Source of the DNA: Nibricoccus sp.
GTDB taxonomy: Bacteria > Verrucomicrobiota > Verrucomicrobiia > Opitutales > Opitutaceae
Direction: 5' to 3'
NCBI GenBank assembly: GCA_047602425.1
Contig: JASGHG010000001.1
Location: forward strand, 4,992,001 to 5,056,000
Length of the DNA stretch: 64,000 bases
A program made the position numbers and the translations under genes. Positions within the stretch are counted from its first letter, which is position 1; every line of letters begins with the position of its first letter. The notes beneath the pieces were generated by a model, which saw only the letters and a list, made by a program, of their open reading frames with translations, had not been told where the DNA came from and searched no databases. This document shows positions 61,596 to 64,000 of the stretch, one piece after another.

Positions 61596-62432
61596 ATGAA
61601 ACTACGATTTCTCGTTATTGTGCTCGCATCAGTTTTGTCACTTGCAGTCGCGCGGGCCGACGTGCCTCAGCTCGCGAAGCTCAAAGCTGCGGCCGAGGCC
61701 GGAGACCCACAGGCTCAATACAATTTTGCCAAAACATTTGGTCCACTCGGCGCTGATTGGACTAAATGGCTGTCAGCCTCAGCCGCGCAAGGCTTCGGAC
61801 CCGCAGAAGACGAACTAGCGTGGACATCCAATTGGGCGATATTTAAGATAACGTTTCCAGACGCAAAAATGCGCAATATTCATTTGAAGAACAACAGCGC
61901 GAAAATGCGCCAAGCGCTGCTCTACGCGAGTTCTGCCGCTGACAAAGGGTTTGGACGGTCTCGTCTGATTTTAGCCATGGCTTATGCCAATGGTTATGGC
62001 GTTCAACAGGACATGGTGGAGGCCTACAAGTGGGCTAAACTTTCTGCCAGCACAGACCTTATCGCCAACGTCGTGGAATCATCAGAACGTGATCGGCTCT
62101 TGAAAACAATGCCGCTTCAACAAGTGAAGGAAGGCGAAGCCCGCGCGGCACTCTTTCGACCGGGAAATACCGCGCAAGAGATCTACCGCGCCATGGTAGT
62201 TCCTCATTTGAAGCTGATAGGAGCCGTATCAAGCAACGGCGAGATCCCGGGCACGGCGATTGTCTCAGGAAAAACGATCAAGGTCGGCGAAGAGAAGCAA
62301 ATCGACATCAACGGTCTCCCTGTTCGTATGCGCTGCATTCGCATAGAAAAAACCGGCGTCACGATCGCCCTGCTCCCAAGCGAAACCCAGTACCTTCTCC
62401 GTCCCAACGCCCCTGCCGAGATTATACGATAA
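61596..62432 (+). CDS. Secreted Sel1-like repeat protein
   Basis: Signal peptide; AEAGDPQAQYN and YANGYGVQQDMVEAYKW motifs. Confidence 0.82.
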   Translation: MKLRFLVIVLASVLSLAVARADVPQLAKLKAAAEAGDPQAQYNFAKTFGPLGADWTKWLSASAAQGFGPAEDELAWTSNWAIFKITFPDAKMRNIHLKNNSAKMRQALLYASSAADKGFGRSRLILAMAYANGYGVQQDMVEAYKWAKLSASTDLIANVVESSERDRLLKTMPLQQVKEGEARAALFRPGNTAQEIYRAMVVPHLKLIGAVSSNGEIPGTAIVSGKTIKVGEEKQIDINGLPVRMRCIRIEKTGVTIALLPSETQYLLRPNAPAEIIR

Positions 62433-62475
62433 ATAAAAGCAACCTCATCGCTGAGGCCCGATACCTGAAAAGGTC

Positions 62476-63249
62476 ATGAAGATATTCACCGCACTTTTTC
62501 TGTTACTCCTGCTGAACGCCTGTAAGCCTAGCACGATGATCGAGAATTTCGCTGACGATGCGAAAGAGCAAATGGCACTGCATTATATACAGCGCTTGGT
62601 GGACAACGATACTACGGCACTGATCCAAGAACTTGATTCGTCACTGCGGTCAGGAAATGAGCTCTCCCAATTCGACCAGATGCGATCGCTCATTCCGGCG
62701 GGAAAACCAAATGTGACAAATCTAGTTGGATACAATTCCTTCAAATCCTCCGAGGTCCTGCGCTACAACCTGACGTACCAATTCGGCTACGGTTCAACGT
62801 GGATAGCCGTTAATGTCGCTTGGAACGAACTGCCCGACGGTAAATGTCAGATTATCGGAATGCACGTGTATCCCTTGACCGAACCTTTGCAGAAAACACA
62901 TGCGTTCAACTTTGCGCGGGCAACCTCGCGACATTACGTCTTTTTCGTCGCGGCAATCCTGCTGCCGATTTTCACCATCGCAACACTTGTGGTCTGCATC
63001 CGTACAAAACTGGCACGCCGCAAGTGGCTATGGATTTTGTTTATTCTTTTTGGTCTCGGACAAATTTCCATCAATTGGACTAACGGCCAGTGCGGATTCT
63101 GGTTGTTGTCCATTCTGCTGTTCAGTGGAAGCGCGACGGCATCCAGCATCTATTCGCCCTGGATTGTTTCATTTTCGCTCCCAATCGGCGCCGTCTTGTT
63201 TTGGATCTATCGCAAAAAACTAACCTCTTCGCCCGTTAGTTCGACGTGA
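62476..63249 (+). CDS. Hypothetical membrane protein with lipobox-like N-terminus
   Basis: LLNAC lipobox-like site and C-terminal TM helices. Confidence 0.78.
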   Translation: MKIFTALFLLLLLNACKPSTMIENFADDAKEQMALHYIQRLVDNDTTALIQELDSSLRSGNELSQFDQMRSLIPAGKPNVTNLVGYNSFKSSEVLRYNLTYQFGYGSTWIAVNVAWNELPDGKCQIIGMHVYPLTEPLQKTHAFNFARATSRHYVFFVAAILLPIFTIATLVVCIRTKLARRKWLWILFILFGLGQISINWTNGQCGFWLLSILLFSGSATASSIYSPWIVSFSLPIGAVLFWIYRKKLTSSPVSST

Positions 63250-63289
63250 TTTGTTGGGACGTGGAGGACTGATATAAACACCCTGCCCC

Positions 63290-63991
63290 ATGGACACCCT
63301 GCCTTTCATAAACCACATCTTCGTCGACTTTGAGAATGTGCATGAGGTCGATCTTTCGCTGATCGGCCAGAAGTCGATTCATGTCACCGTGCTCATGGGT
63401 GCGAAACAGACAAAGCTGGATGCCGCTCTTGTTGAAAAATTATTGCTGCATGCCGATTCGGTTCAGTTGGTTCGGCTGCTTGAATCAGGGCGCAATGCGA
63501 TCGACTTCGCCCTGGCTTACTATGTCGGCCGCGCGGCCACGCTCGATCCTTCTGGCTTTTTTCACATCATCTCCGGCGATACGGGCTACGACCCCTTGGT
63601 TGCCCACCTGCGTCGCAATCACGTGCGAGCACATCGTCACGATAGTTTTGCGGCTCTCAAAGAAATATTGGCCAACGGAAAATCTCCAGAGTCTCCGGCT
63701 ATGCCGTCGGCTCCCCCTTCACGCCCATTAGATCCGTCCTCGCTACCAACAAGCACGCCACCTGCCAAAAAGAAGAAATCTACGCTCTCTGAGCGCATTG
63801 CCCGGGTACTCGAATATTTACAGAGTCATCCCGATACCCGACCAACCACAGAAACGAGACTTGCGCATCATATGCCCTCGATGCTTGGCAACGGCGCCAC
63901 AGAGTCCGACGCCCAACAGGTGATCAAGTCACTTCGTGCCGCGAAGAAAATTTCGATCAGTGAAAAACGCCGGGTGACGTATCACCTGTGA
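63290..63991 (+). CDS. PIN/NYN-like domain protein with C-terminal winged-helix-like domain
   Basis: FVDFENV, GRNAIDFALAYYVG and IISGDTGYDPL motifs. Confidence 0.85.
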   Translation: MDTLPFINHIFVDFENVHEVDLSLIGQKSIHVTVLMGAKQTKLDAALVEKLLLHADSVQLVRLLESGRNAIDFALAYYVGRAATLDPSGFFHIISGDTGYDPLVAHLRRNHVRAHRHDSFAALKEILANGKSPESPAMPSAPPSRPLDPSSLPTSTPPAKKKKSTLSERIARVLEYLQSHPDTRPTTETRLAHHMPSMLGNGATESDAQQVIKSLRAAKKISISEKRRVTYHL

Positions 63992-64000
63992 CGGCTCGGC

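Overview
GC-rich bacterial chromosomal window. Gene content and style point to Verrucomicrobiota, probably Opitutaceae (inference; no search was run). Core genes include a cbb3 cytochrome oxidase operon (ccoS-ccoNO-ccoQ-ccoP-ccoG), pyrB-pyrC, alaS, hemJ, a heptose kinase, two inositol monophosphatases, a CobW/COG0523 GTPase, two large sensor kinases, a TonB receptor and a DUF1800/DUF1501 pair. A c-di-AMP (ydaO-yuaA) riboswitch lies upstream of a KimA/YdaO-like transporter, with a frameshifted small gene between them. Mobile and accessory DNA: (i) an IS481-like element that appears to sit in the loop of a REP hairpin and is itself split by an IS3-family element with a CAT target duplication; (ii) a CTAG-bounded MITE enclosing a REP doublet; (iii) a lower-GC three-gene operon encoding a membrane-anchored PspA-like coiled coil, a 39-aa membrane peptide and a secreted protein; (iv) a defence-like island from about 55.1 kb, with a nucleotidyltransferase two-gene cassette between ~160-bp direct repeats, a type IIG R-M enzyme whose TRD differs in composition, a GIY-YIG/DUF4357 nuclease and a PIN protein. 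Intergenic DNA is rich in short repeats: GTAG/GGAG/GTGG REPs, 10-bp-periodic AACCRC triplets, CACAGAG inverted elements and heptamer runs. All product calls come from motif recognition by eye.
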